From Candidatus Helarchaeota archaeon (lineage in GTDB: Archaea > Asgardarchaeota > Lokiarchaeia > Helarchaeales > RDOG01), in NCBI GenBank assembly GCA_019058315.1, contig JAHPZH010000008.1:128001-192000 (forward strand): 64,000 bases of DNA. The letters run 5' to 3'. Both the position numbers and the translations under genes were made by a program. Below the pieces are notes generated by a model. That model made no database searches, was not told the DNA's origin, and worked only from the letters and a program-made list of their open reading frames with translations. Below are positions 9,380 through 18,836 of this stretch, in pieces. Numbering within the stretch: position 1 is the stretch's first letter; each line of letters begins with the position of its first letter.

Positions 9380-11347
9380 TTATAACTCACAGTGTTTTTT
9401 ATAATTCTCTTCCAATGATGGAGCATACGGAGGTTGTATATGGTAATCCACTGGTACAGATCTTGATTTTACTTGGTCATCTTCCTTCCAAATTACAATT
9501 AATTTTTTATCGTGTTCCTTATCTTTTTTTGGATAGTCTATTCTTATATGACCTAATCCCCAGTCGGTACCTTTTCTTAAAAGACTTGTATGTATTATTG
9601 TCTCCCCTACAGTAATTACGGTAAAACATTCTAATGCTCTGACCAATTCACGAGGATTTCTTGCATAAACTTGTTGTCCTTCAACATCTTTAATCTCTTT
9701 CAGCCATCGTAATCCCAATTTTAAAATATTTTCATGTTTAAACTCTCCGCAATATTCTTGCATCTTGACAGTAATTCCCATCATGAGCTCTTTCCATCCT
9801 ATTCCTTCTTCTCGATTAATAGGTGCATATACTCTAGCCTTCTCCATTTCAACTTGTTTCCTGTCGATTATTGGATCAGGTGCATTTAGTGCATATTTTA
9901 CAGCTATTCTACCCGCATATCTCCCAGTAGCTGCTGCTTGGCTGTGATCAAGACCACCCCATCCGTTCATTCCAGCTACGTATAGTCCTTCAAGGTTTGT
10001 TTTTAGATCCCAATCAAATAATAGACCACCACTACCTACAGATGGACCCCTGTATTGAGATGGAGGATCTCCCATAAACCAAGCTGGAAAAAGATAATGG
10101 TTAGGAGGATGAACAGGTACTTGAAGCAAGTCTTTTTCGGGATCAAATCCGGCTTCTGTGTAATTCTGATATACAGGTACGCGAGTTTTTCCTTCATTGC
10201 CAACCATGAGACCAAATATTACTCTTCGCTCAAGTTCTGGCATACTGGGTAAATCAGCATATAATGGTAATTTAACTTCACCTTTTTTTATCATGTTTGG
10301 TAAATTTGGTGTAATCATAGGAGCTGAATATTTCCATCTCATTTTATAGGGAAATATAGGCACACCTACAAGAGATAATTTTTGTTTTGATGCATTTAGA
10401 GATCGCTTTTCTACAGGTAAAGTTTTCATACTTCTATCTACCCATGGTATTTCCTTTCCATCAGCGTCTATTACTGTAGTAGGAAACCAAGTCTTTTCAT
10501 GAAAACCAGTTCCAAGGAAAGGAGACATAAATTGACCTGGATTATAAAAAGATCTTTCCATTAATGCTAACTCAGCTCCAGCATTCCAAGCAATAGAAAA
10601 CCCTTCTCCTGTACTATTTGGACAAAGCATAGACCAGCCCATTCCATTCCTATCGGTAGAAAAAACCCAAGGATTTGCAGCTATAGACATGCAAAGGATG
10701 GTGGCTTTTGCCTTGAAGATATAGAATTCCCCAGTTCTAGCATTTACACCTGTTGCACCGACTACTCTTGCTCCTTGCTTACCTCCTTCGGTTAAGAGGC
10801 TAGTAATCATAACTCTTTCATACATTGGGACTTTAAGACGCTTTAATTCATCATAATAATACTTCTTGATTTTAGCCCCTCCACGGACACGAACTATGAA
10901 TTTACTTTCATAATTATAAGCAAATAACATCTTTGATTCTTCATCTCTGAATGGAGCACCCTTGAATTCATCATCTACATCCCTTAAAGGAAGACCCCAT
11001 TTTTCCGCATCAAGTAGGCAATCATAACTTTCTTTACATTGAATGTATCGGGAGATTCCAGGATCAAAAACCGCTTCATCTGCTATAGCATTTGTCAGTT
11101 CTTCAGCTGAAACTTTACAAAATGGTGCAGTACAAGGAAAATTCCAGTGATCGACTCCAGCTCCACCAGAACCACTTGAAATTATAGGACCCTTATCGAC
11201 TAGAATTACCTTACTCCCTTTATTTGCGGCAGATATAGCTGCATAACACCCAGCAACTCCCCCACCTAAAACAAGGACATCTCCGATTACTTCATTTTCT
11301 TCACCATACTTAACAGGATATGGCCATTCTGGCAAATTTTCTTCCAT
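9380..11347 (-). CDS. Flavoprotein of the succinate dehydrogenase/fumarate reductase/AprA superfamily (AprA-like, probably not APS reductase)
   Basis: DVLVLGGGVAGC..A, GATGVNARTGEFYIFKAKATIL, TNLEGLYVAG and a C-terminal helical domain ending R.DYP. Confidence 0.85.
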   Translation of the reverse strand: MEENLPEWPYPVKYGEENEVIGDVLVLGGGVAGCYAAISAANKGSKVILVDKGPIISSGSGGAGVDHWNFPCTAPFCKVSAEELTNAIADEAVFDPGISRYIQCKESYDCLLDAEKWGLPLRDVDDEFKGAPFRDEESKMLFAYNYESKFIVRVRGGAKIKKYYYDELKRLKVPMYERVMITSLLTEGGKQGARVVGATGVNARTGEFYIFKAKATILCMSIAANPWVFSTDRNGMGWSMLCPNSTGEGFSIAWNAGAELALMERSFYNPGQFMSPFLGTGFHEKTWFPTTVIDADGKEIPWVDRSMKTLPVEKRSLNASKQKLSLVGVPIFPYKMRWKYSAPMITPNLPNMIKKGEVKLPLYADLPSMPELERRVIFGLMVGNEGKTRVPVYQNYTEAGFDPEKDLLQVPVHPPNHYLFPAWFMGDPPSQYRGPSVGSGGLLFDWDLKTNLEGLYVAGMNGWGGLDHSQAAATGRYAGRIAVKYALNAPDPIIDRKQVEMEKARVYAPINREEGIGWKELMMGITVKMQEYCGEFKHENILKLGLRWLKEIKDVEGQQVYARNPRELVRALECFTVITVGETIIHTSLLRKGTDWGLGHIRIDYPKKDKEHDKKLIVIWKEDDQVKSRSVPVDYHIQPPYAPSLEENYKKHCEL

Positions 11348-11395
11348 ATTTTTTCACATTCTTCTAATTTTTAATAAAGATTTAATAGAAAATCT

Positions 11396-11734
11396 TCACC
11401 CAATAGGTGGTTTTCGTTTGTATTTTGGTGGGTTTTTCATTCCTACTCGAAAAAATTCTCCCGTATCTTTCCTTATCCAACCCACTTTTTGATTTAATGG
11501 ATGATAAAACTTGATGGCTCCTGGTCGTTGACAATATTGCACACAGTTTCCACAAAACCAGCATTCATCGGGATATAATACAATTGGAGGTTTTCCTTTA
11601 ACTGGATTTGGCATCAAAACATCCCTTCTACACACATCAACACATGTATTACAACCATTACAAATTTCTTGATTAAATTTTACAGGTTGGCATGGCATAG
11701 CGGGATTTGGAACCATATAGGCTTTATATTTCAT
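11396..11734 (-). CDS. AprB-like 2x[4Fe-4S] ferredoxin
   Basis: CNGCNTCVDVC and PDECWFCGNCVQYC, with a C-terminal tail. Immediately upstream of the AprA-like gene. Confidence 0.85.
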   Translation of the reverse strand: MKYKAYMVPNPAMPCQPVKFNQEICNGCNTCVDVCRRDVLMPNPVKGKPPIVLYPDECWFCGNCVQYCQRPGAIKFYHPLNQKVGWIRKDTGEFFRVGMKNPPKYKRKPPIG

Positions 11735-12144
11735 ATAGAAACAACACCGTTAATATTTTATATATAAAAAACGTTCAAGACTTCAGTTATTCAACCATAT
11801 TTATAAAAATTCACTTAAAAAACATAAATTAGCAATATCTATATGATAATTTAGCCATTCAATTATCATACATTAGCAAATTTCAAAAATAATGAGTTAA
11901 AATGGTTGATTATAAAATGAATTGTGAGGATTGGCTAAATTTATGCATAAAATTTTACTTAGATTCTTCTAAAATTCGAAAAAATTAATACAATTCATAT
12001 CTTAAAATCCAATAAAATAGAATTTCGATATATAATTTTTTTCAATAGAAAAGATATTTTATTATTTAATTAAAATGATAGTTTAAATTTGAAATCTTTT
12101 AATTTTAAATGGAGTAAAATTTTTGGTGGAAAGGTGAATCTGTC

Positions 12145-13020
12145 ACGAATATAACAAATATTGATGATTCTGATAGTTTCGATCGTATTGGATGGTTTCA
12201 AATTCAATTATTATTGCAATTAGCATTTAAACCAAAATATGGATATGAAATAATTAATGACTTAAAATTAAATAATATAAATATTTCAACTGGTCAGATT
12301 TATCCCGCATTAAAGAAACTTGTGAATATAAATTACCTAAAAACTTTTTCTAAAAGGGGACGGGCTGCAAAAAGAAAATATTATCAAATAACAGATAAAG
12401 GATTAAATGCCCTTCAAAAAACCATTCGCTCAATTCTTATAAATCTTATACCAGTTATGTATTCTTTTTTAGGAGAGCTTAAAGATAGATTATTTAATAA
12501 ATATAAAATTAATAGGGGAGATGTAATATTCTTATATTCTTATCCAATAAAACAAGCTTTAATAGATTTAGCTCGATTGGTAGGAGACACAGGTAAATTA
12601 TTAATATCTGTCAATAATGATTTAACTCGTCAAACAATCCTGGATCTTGCGGTATTCTATAATTTTGAAAATGTTATCATACCAATTACAGTAAATGATG
12701 ACTTTAAACTTGGTTGTGAAAGGGGAATAGCAGATAAAGCTATATTGATGCTCTTTCAAAGAGAGAAAAAGATTGATTTGCTTTTAAAGGAGACTTTACA
12801 AGTTCTTAAACCAAAGGGGAAATTATTTTCACTTTCAACAAAATTAAATATATTTAGTGAGACCTTCTTAGCCTTTTTCGATTTCTTTGCTCTTCTAGAG
12901 TTCTTCAATGGTTACACAGAACATGAATTAAAAGCTTTATGTGAAAAGTTAGGATTAGATATTGAACAAACAGAAGATATTAAAAAAATAATTATAGTTG
13001 AAGCTAGAAAAAAGGATTAA
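12145..13020 (+). CDS. PadR-family winged-helix regulator fused to a degenerate class I methyltransferase-like domain
   Basis: KPKYGYEII, STGQIYPALKKL, RKYYQITDKG. C-terminal GDVIFL..LARLVGDTGKL..VLKPKGKL. The ORF track starts at TTG 12214, but the frame is open from 12118 and contains PadR helix 1. A start at ACG 12145 after GGTGA is inferred. Confidence 0.8.
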   Translation, partial: TNITNIDDSDSFDRIGWFQIQLLLQLAFKPKYGYEIINDLKLNNINISTGQIYPALKKLVNINYLKTFSKRGRAAKRKYYQITDKGLNALQKTIRSILINLIPVMYSFLGELKDRLFNKYKINRGDVIFLYSYPIKQALIDLARLVGDTGKLLISVNNDLTRQTILDLAVFYNFENVIIPITVNDDFKLGCERGIADKAILMLFQREKKIDLLLKETLQVLKPKGKLFSLSTKLNIFSETFLAFFDFFALLEFFNGYTEHELKALCEKLGLDIEQTEDIKKIIIVEARKKD

Positions 13021-13305
13021 TATTTCTAATTTGATTATTATAAATCTTTTTTGATAATTTAAATACACATTTTTTAATTATTTATAATATTATTACAATC
13101 GTTAGTGGTTTATCTCTATTTATATCATTATTATTTCGAAATTAAAACATTAGAATAATTTATCTATAGTTTGATTGTTATATTGCTAAAATAAGATAAT
13201 TAGATGAAAACATATATTGTATAAGATACAAATTTAATATACGGATATATTATAAATTATTAAAATATTTATTCTTTAAAAATAACAAGTCCTGGAGGGA
13301 CTTGT

Positions 13306-14496
13306 ATGTCTAATAGTAAATATACTTATGGGGATTTACCGGATGACCTGATAACAAAACCCTATTTACCTCTTTCGCGTCACGCATGGAGATTATATCA
13401 AACCCTGGGTTATGAAGCTTTCATGGAAGAAATTTTACCTCGTATGGAAACTGATATAATTTATGATATGATGAAACTTAGGTTAGATGAGAGTATTTTT
13501 ACTGCAAGAGATGTATTAGATGGAGCCATTAAACATCCAGATAAAAGATTGGCGTGGATGATGTTTCCTCCCGTTATCCCATTACGTGCAGATTTAACTC
13601 AAGGTACAATGAAATTACTTTATGGAGATTCTCTTGATATGACCTTTTTTGCTTTAAAAGATCTTGATCAAGAATTGTTATTTTTATTAAACGGGCATAT
13701 GGAGAATGGTATTCCTGTGGATTGGTGGCTTGTGGGTCCAGATGATGAAATTTTTGAGCGACGCCATATAAAATATGGTTTTAAATTAAAAGATGCATTC
13801 AAACATTCAAAAGATATGACAAAATGTGGTTTCCAAGTTATGGATATCCTTCGCGATATTAGAAATGAACGTACTCCACAATGGGCAACGACTCCTTATT
13901 GCGTTTGCATGGTTTGGGCTACAGGTGTTATAGGATTTATGGTAGAATTGAGCATGTTCGAATTGGTTGGAATGATATGGGATGGAGTTGGAGCGAAAAG
14001 AGCATATGGACTTCCTGATCACTGGTTTGCATATATTCCATGGCCATCTATGGTTCGATTGTTATTATTCATGAATCGAGGGGAGTTTATACTTCGATTA
14101 GCGGGTCTTTTAAGTGGTAATCGGCTCTGCATAAACCATATAGAAGAAAGTTTATTGGATACAATCAAAGAAATGTTAGATGGAACTAATTTTTGGGAAG
14201 AAGCTTTTATTAATACAGCGAAACTTGGATTTCCTTGGCCATCCCAGACAATAACAGCTGAACCACCTAATCTTAAAAAGAAATCAGCCTATAAAAAAGA
14301 AGTATTTGATTGGAAATATACCAAAGAACGATGGTTAACTCCTGAAGATTTTGAAATGACATTCGAGGAGATAACTAGGGGTCTTCTTTTAAATATCTCT
14401 CATAAAACACAGCCATGGAGTGTCAACCCTAAAGATGAGATTATTTCCATCGGATGGGGAAGGGAGATTGAAGTTTTTCAAGATATTATATTATAA
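13306..14496 (+). CDS. Uncharacterised 'RNERxPQW' family protein, paralog 2
   Basis: GGAGG SD. FPPVIPLRADL, GHMENGIPVDWW, RRH, DIRNERTPQW, YIPWP. Confidence 0.9.
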   Translation: MSNSKYTYGDLPDDLITKPYLPLSRHAWRLYQTLGYEAFMEEILPRMETDIIYDMMKLRLDESIFTARDVLDGAIKHPDKRLAWMMFPPVIPLRADLTQGTMKLLYGDSLDMTFFALKDLDQELLFLLNGHMENGIPVDWWLVGPDDEIFERRHIKYGFKLKDAFKHSKDMTKCGFQVMDILRDIRNERTPQWATTPYCVCMVWATGVIGFMVELSMFELVGMIWDGVGAKRAYGLPDHWFAYIPWPSMVRLLLFMNRGEFILRLAGLLSGNRLCINHIEESLLDTIKEMLDGTNFWEEAFINTAKLGFPWPSQTITAEPPNLKKKSAYKKEVFDWKYTKERWLTPEDFEMTFEEITRGLLLNISHKTQPWSVNPKDEIISIGWGREIEVFQDIIL

Positions 14497-14551
14497 TTAG
14501 AATTTATTTTTAATTTAATTGAATAACATTATATTTGAAAATATTAGAACA

Positions 14552-15853
14552 TCAAGATTCCTTTTTATATTTGATGACTTTCTTGATTTTCTTAACCTTT
14601 CTTTTTAGTCTCTTCTTTCTTTTTTCATTTTCGATCCAACCTTCGGGTTTGAGATATTTTGTTTTCATCCCATGTCCAATAGAAACTATATTATCTCGTG
14701 TAAGTTTTTCTATTTTCGATTTATGAGTGATATTAAATAATATACCTGATAGTGCTTCATTGAATGAGAGGTCCAAATCTTCATAGAATACGCGAGGTCC
14801 GGGGGGATATTTAAAATCTAAGCTTTCCCATTCGTTAGTATCTGAATTAAATTTAGGAGGTATAGAGTTTAGCGTTTGAGTGGGGGTTGGAATGCCAATT
14901 TTTTTTAATTGATAACTATTAAGTAACAACATTCGGTCAAATTCTTCTGGATATTTTTTCTTTACAAATTCAAGCATATTTTCATTAATAGGCTGTAAAT
15001 ATAGTTGATTTCCACTTAACATTCTTGATAAAGAAACCAGCCAATCTTTTCGGCTTAAAGCAAAGAAAGTGTTAAGCATTGGAGGCCATGGTTCATACAT
15101 AAAGAGAGAGTGTGGAAGTTTATATGCATTTTTAGCATTCACACCATCATAAACTTGTCCTAAGGTATCCCAATTGGAGAATGGTGTGCCTGCTCCTGCC
15201 ATCATAAATACTAGGGAGACTGAATATGAAGAATGAGCCCATTGTGGTGTTCTCTCATTCCTTACATCCATCATAATATCTCTTACTCTGGCAGCAGCTA
15301 ATGCAATATCGGGGAATCTTTTAGGCATTTCTCTTAATTTATAACCCAATTTCAAGTGTCTTCGATTAAAAATTTCCTCATCTCCCGACGCCCACCACCA
15401 TTCTACTGGAAAACCATCCTCCATATGAATATTAAATAACATAAAAAGTTCCCGAGTTATATCATTAATTCCAATAAATGAAATATCATGAGATGGACCA
15501 TAAATCATTACTGAACTGGAAGAATGAAGATCAGCTCTAATGGTCAAATTAGGTGGAAATCCCCAATAAACCATGGTTTCAGCTTTTCTTTTAATTTTTC
15601 CCTCATCTAAAGCTTTTTCTAACTCGAGACCATCCTCCATTCGTTCAGCGAAAAGATTTCCTGATTCATCTGAAATACCTTCTCTTAATAAAAATTCAAA
15701 TTCATCCCATTCTATGAATTGTAGAGTCCAGAGTATGGAAGGTACGAGAGGAGTATATTTTTTAGTGTAGATATGATCTGGAATACTTTTATATGCCTCA
15801 GTAATTGTGCGTTTTGGCTTAAGTTCAGAAATATCTAAAGCTTCTAATATCAA
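14552..15853 (-). CDS. Uncharacterised 'RNERxPQW' family protein, paralog 3 (most divergent, Lys-rich tail)
   Basis: FPPNLTIRADL, IHMEDGFPVEWW, RRH, DVRNERTPQW, YEPWP. Confidence 0.9.
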   Translation of the reverse strand: MILEALDISELKPKRTITEAYKSIPDHIYTKKYTPLVPSILWTLQFIEWDEFEFLLREGISDESGNLFAERMEDGLELEKALDEGKIKRKAETMVYWGFPPNLTIRADLHSSSSVMIYGPSHDISFIGINDITRELFMLFNIHMEDGFPVEWWWASGDEEIFNRRHLKLGYKLREMPKRFPDIALAAARVRDIMMDVRNERTPQWAHSSYSVSLVFMMAGAGTPFSNWDTLGQVYDGVNAKNAYKLPHSLFMYEPWPPMLNTFFALSRKDWLVSLSRMLSGNQLYLQPINENMLEFVKKKYPEEFDRMLLLNSYQLKKIGIPTPTQTLNSIPPKFNSDTNEWESLDFKYPPGPRVFYEDLDLSFNEALSGILFNITHKSKIEKLTRDNIVSIGHGMKTKYLKPEGWIENEKRKKRLKRKVKKIKKVIKYKKES

Positions 15854-16002
15854 ATCCTCAGCTCCAGTATTTTCAAAAAACCATTAAAAGAGCGAATTAT
15901 TTATTTAACTTAATATATTTAACAATATTCATAACAATCTAATTATTGATAAGAAATTATCACATTGTGGATAAAAATTTAAATTATTTACAGTGAGAAA
16001 AA

Positions 16003-17172
16003 TTGAAAGATCCCATTTCTCAAAAATTAAAATCAATACCAGTTTCTATTTTTAGTGTAATGACGAATTTAGCGAATAAACATAATGCTATTAATTTATC
16101 ACAAGGATTTCCAGATTTTCCAATGCCCGATTTTATTAAAGAGGCGGCTTACAAGGCAATTAAGGATGATAAAAATCAATATGCTCCCAGTATTGGCATT
16201 CCAGAATTAAGAAAGGAGTTAAGTAAAAAATATAAGACATTTTATAATTTAGATTACGATCCAAATAAAGAAATTACTGTTCTAACGGGTGCGACTGAAG
16301 CAATAACATCCGTTTTGTTGGGAATGCATGATCCTGGGGATGAAATAATAATTTTTGAACCTTATTATGACGCTTACATGGCAGTTTGCCAATTTAACGG
16401 GATTATCCCGAAAACTATCCCTCTTGATTATCCGAATTTCACTATCAATAAATCTAAATTAGAGGAAGCTTTTAGTTCTAAAACAAAATCAATTTTAATT
16501 AACACTCCTAATAATCCTACTACAAGAGTATTTAATAAAGAAGAATTGAGACTCATTGGTGATCTGGCTGTTGATCATGATGTTTTTATAATTACTGATG
16601 AAGTTTATGAGCATATAACATTCAATGGGAATCAACATATTCCAATTGCTTCATTTTCTGACATTCGTGACCGTGTTATAACGATTTCATCTTTTGCTAA
16701 AACTTTTAGTGCTACTGGTTGGAAAATTGGCTATGCTTTAGCTTCGGAAGAAGTTTCAAAAAGTATCAGATTATCACATCAATTCATAACTTTCTGTTCA
16801 GCAACACCTTTACAATATGCCTATGCTGAAGCTTTGAAAACAGATAGGTCATTTTACATCAATCTTCAAAATGAATATAAAAAAAGAAGAGATATTTTAA
16901 GCAAAGGTCTGGTTGATGTGGGATTTGAAACATTTCCGACTGAAGGAACTTATTATATTGTAGCAGATATTACCCCTTTCGGATTCAATGATGATATTAA
17001 GTTTTGCGAATTTTTAATAAAAGATATTGGAGTGGCAGCAATCCCTATGAGTGAATTCTACTCAAAACAATATAAAAGAAAAAATTTAGTTAGATTTTGT
17101 TTTTGTAAAAAAATTAAAAACTTGGAAATGGCAAATCAAAGGCTTCAAAAACTAAAAGAGTATGAATCCTGA
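16003..17172 (+). CDS. PLP-dependent aminotransferase class I/II (YbdL/methionine-kynurenine aminotransferase-like)
   Basis: AINLSQGFPDF, NQYAP..G, NTPNNPT, DEVYEH, SFAKTFSATGWKIG, VRFCFCK. Confidence 0.92.
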   Translation: MKDPISQKLKSIPVSIFSVMTNLANKHNAINLSQGFPDFPMPDFIKEAAYKAIKDDKNQYAPSIGIPELRKELSKKYKTFYNLDYDPNKEITVLTGATEAITSVLLGMHDPGDEIIIFEPYYDAYMAVCQFNGIIPKTIPLDYPNFTINKSKLEEAFSSKTKSILINTPNNPTTRVFNKEELRLIGDLAVDHDVFIITDEVYEHITFNGNQHIPIASFSDIRDRVITISSFAKTFSATGWKIGYALASEEVSKSIRLSHQFITFCSATPLQYAYAEALKTDRSFYINLQNEYKKRRDILSKGLVDVGFETFPTEGTYYIVADITPFGFNDDIKFCEFLIKDIGVAAIPMSEFYSKQYKRKNLVRFCFCKKIKNLEMANQRLQKLKEYES

Positions 17173-17193
17173 TAATTTATAAAAATAAAATCT

Positions 17194-17529
17194 CTATTTT
17201 TGCCCATTCTCCTTTAATTGACGTCTTAGAACTTTCCCTGTTGCTCCTGTAGGAACTTCATCTAATATTACAATTTGTCTTGGATATTCATTTTCTGGTA
17301 AATGTTCTTTAACCCATTTTAATAGATCTATAGAAGTAATTTTCTCACGTGATTCTTCCTTCAAAGAGACATAAGCTTTAATTGAGTCTTCCCCATTTTC
17401 ATCCTTAATTCCAATTACAGCAGCTTGTAAGATATGTTTGTTTTTATATAATTTTTCTTCTATTTCTGCAGGATTTATAGAGTTTCCCTTAAAATTGATC
17501 ATTTCTACCATTATTCTTTCTCCATTCAT
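17194..17529 (-). CDS. Stand-alone AMP-binding (ANL) C-terminal domain protein
   Basis: INPAEIEEKL..AAVIGIKD..GEDSIKAYV..YPRQI..PTGATGKVLRRQL. 4-bp ATGA overlap with the upstream gene. Confidence 0.8.
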   Translation of the reverse strand: MNGERIMVEMINFKGNSINPAEIEEKLYKNKHILQAAVIGIKDENGEDSIKAYVSLKEESREKITSIDLLKWVKEHLPENEYPRQIVILDEVPTGATGKVLRRQLKENGQK

Positions 17530-18341
17530 TCTTTTTTAAATAATAACCACATTGCACCAAGAAAACAAGGTAGGGATATTGCTGTTATTATCATTTCTGC
17601 AATAAAAATTGTTATCGCTTGTAAATGAAACAGAATTGCAAATAAATTTAAAGATATATGAATCCCAACAGCAAAAAGATAATAAATAATATATGGTTTA
17701 ATAGTAATATCTTTAAAATTAAGCTCGGGAGTGTCGGTTTTAAACCCATAACCAATTATTATTGCGGTTGCAGAATGAAAGAGCACTACAATAAATCGTT
17801 CATATAAAACCAGTAAAGGTATTCCAAATAAATTTGCAATAGAAGTATATTGAATCCATGCAAAGAAATAATAGAGGATATAAAATTCATATAAAGGTGA
17901 GAGTGGAGGAAGTAATATGTACCAAATAATGCTATTTACAAATAAGTTTTGGATATTTATTATTTCAGCGGGTATTGCTGGAACGAAAGCGAGCATTTCA
18001 CCTGCTCCAAATCCTAATCCTACAATAAGACCGAAATACATTTTATTTTCTTCATCTGGATTTATTTTCCTTAAAAGGAGAAAAATGACAATAATTTTCA
18101 TTCCTTCTTCAACAAAGGCTCCAACTATGAGATTAACCCAATAAAGTGCAGGTAATGGAACGAATGGAGCATAAACTCCCCGAATTAATCCTACATAAAA
18201 GAAAAGAGCACCCATTATAAAAGCAATAAGGAAAAATTTCCATTTTTTATCTTCAAATTTTAATATTTTGAATATTATTGCAACTCCAAGGGGATATAGT
18301 ATGCTTATCAACACACCCAATAAAATTCCAATCGAATACAT
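17526..18341 (-). CDS. PrsW/YhfC-type intramembrane glutamic/metallo-protease
   Basis: Multiple TM segments; GAFVEEGMK, GLGFGAGE, ER..LFHS..IGYG, IHISLN. Confidence 0.75.
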   Translation of the reverse strand: MYSIGILLGVLISILYPLGVAIIFKILKFEDKKWKFFLIAFIMGALFFYVGLIRGVYAPFVPLPALYWVNLIVGAFVEEGMKIIVIFLLLRKINPDEENKMYFGLIVGLGFGAGEMLAFVPAIPAEIINIQNLFVNSIIWYILLPPLSPLYEFYILYYFFAWIQYTSIANLFGIPLLVLYERFIVVLFHSATAIIIGYGFKTDTPELNFKDITIKPYIIYYLFAVGIHISLNLFAILFHLQAITIFIAEMIITAISLPCFLGAMWLLFKKE

Positions 18342-18461
18342 CCTATTACCTTACCAACCATCTTTAAAATTCAAATAAGTAATTCATACTAAATAAATAA
18401 TCTTTGATAATTTTTAAGAATATTTTTTATATGTAAATAATTAATTCAAAATAAATTTAAT

Positions 18462-18821
18462 TTGTCCAAAAATTTTAGGATGAATAAAATGGTATCAAAT
18501 AATACAACTATTGGAGCAATACTCATATTTTCTGGATTAGGTTTGTTGTTTTTGTTATGGATCAGTGTAATTTCACCAAATACTGAAATGCGTACTCTTT
18601 GGGTTATAATTACGACAATCTTTTGGATCCAATTACAGGATATTAATCAGATTTTTTGGGTTATATCAGATGAATTTGAATCTTTTCTATTTGCAGTTTG
18701 TATTTTAGCACTTGTTTCCCTCCCTGTAGAAATTTTTGGCTTAAATATTGAAATTTTTGTCTATAGTTCCATAGTCCTTATTCTTGCTGGAGTTATTGCT
18801 GTTATTGTTAGTTCTAAATAA
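18462..18821 (+). CDS. Small membrane protein (about 4 TM)
   Basis: Hydrophobic ORF filling the gap between genes; the real start may be ATG 18480 or 18489. Confidence 0.6.
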   Translation: MSKNFRMNKMVSNNTTIGAILIFSGLGLLFLLWISVISPNTEMRTLWVIITTIFWIQLQDINQIFWVISDEFESFLFAVCILALVSLPVEIFGLNIEIFVYSSIVLILAGVIAVIVSSK

Positions 18822-18836
18822 TACCTATATTTTTTT

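Noticed and set aside
9380-11734. Dissimilatory APS reductase (aprAB)
   Set aside because: The AprA signature after the FAD loop is absent and there is no sat/qmo/dsr in the window; kept only as AprAB-like.
13217-13231. ttgtat-aag-atacaa palindrome upstream of paralog 2 as a PadR operator
   Set aside because: Only 6-bp arms in very AT-rich DNA, and I did not see it repeated at the other family promoters.
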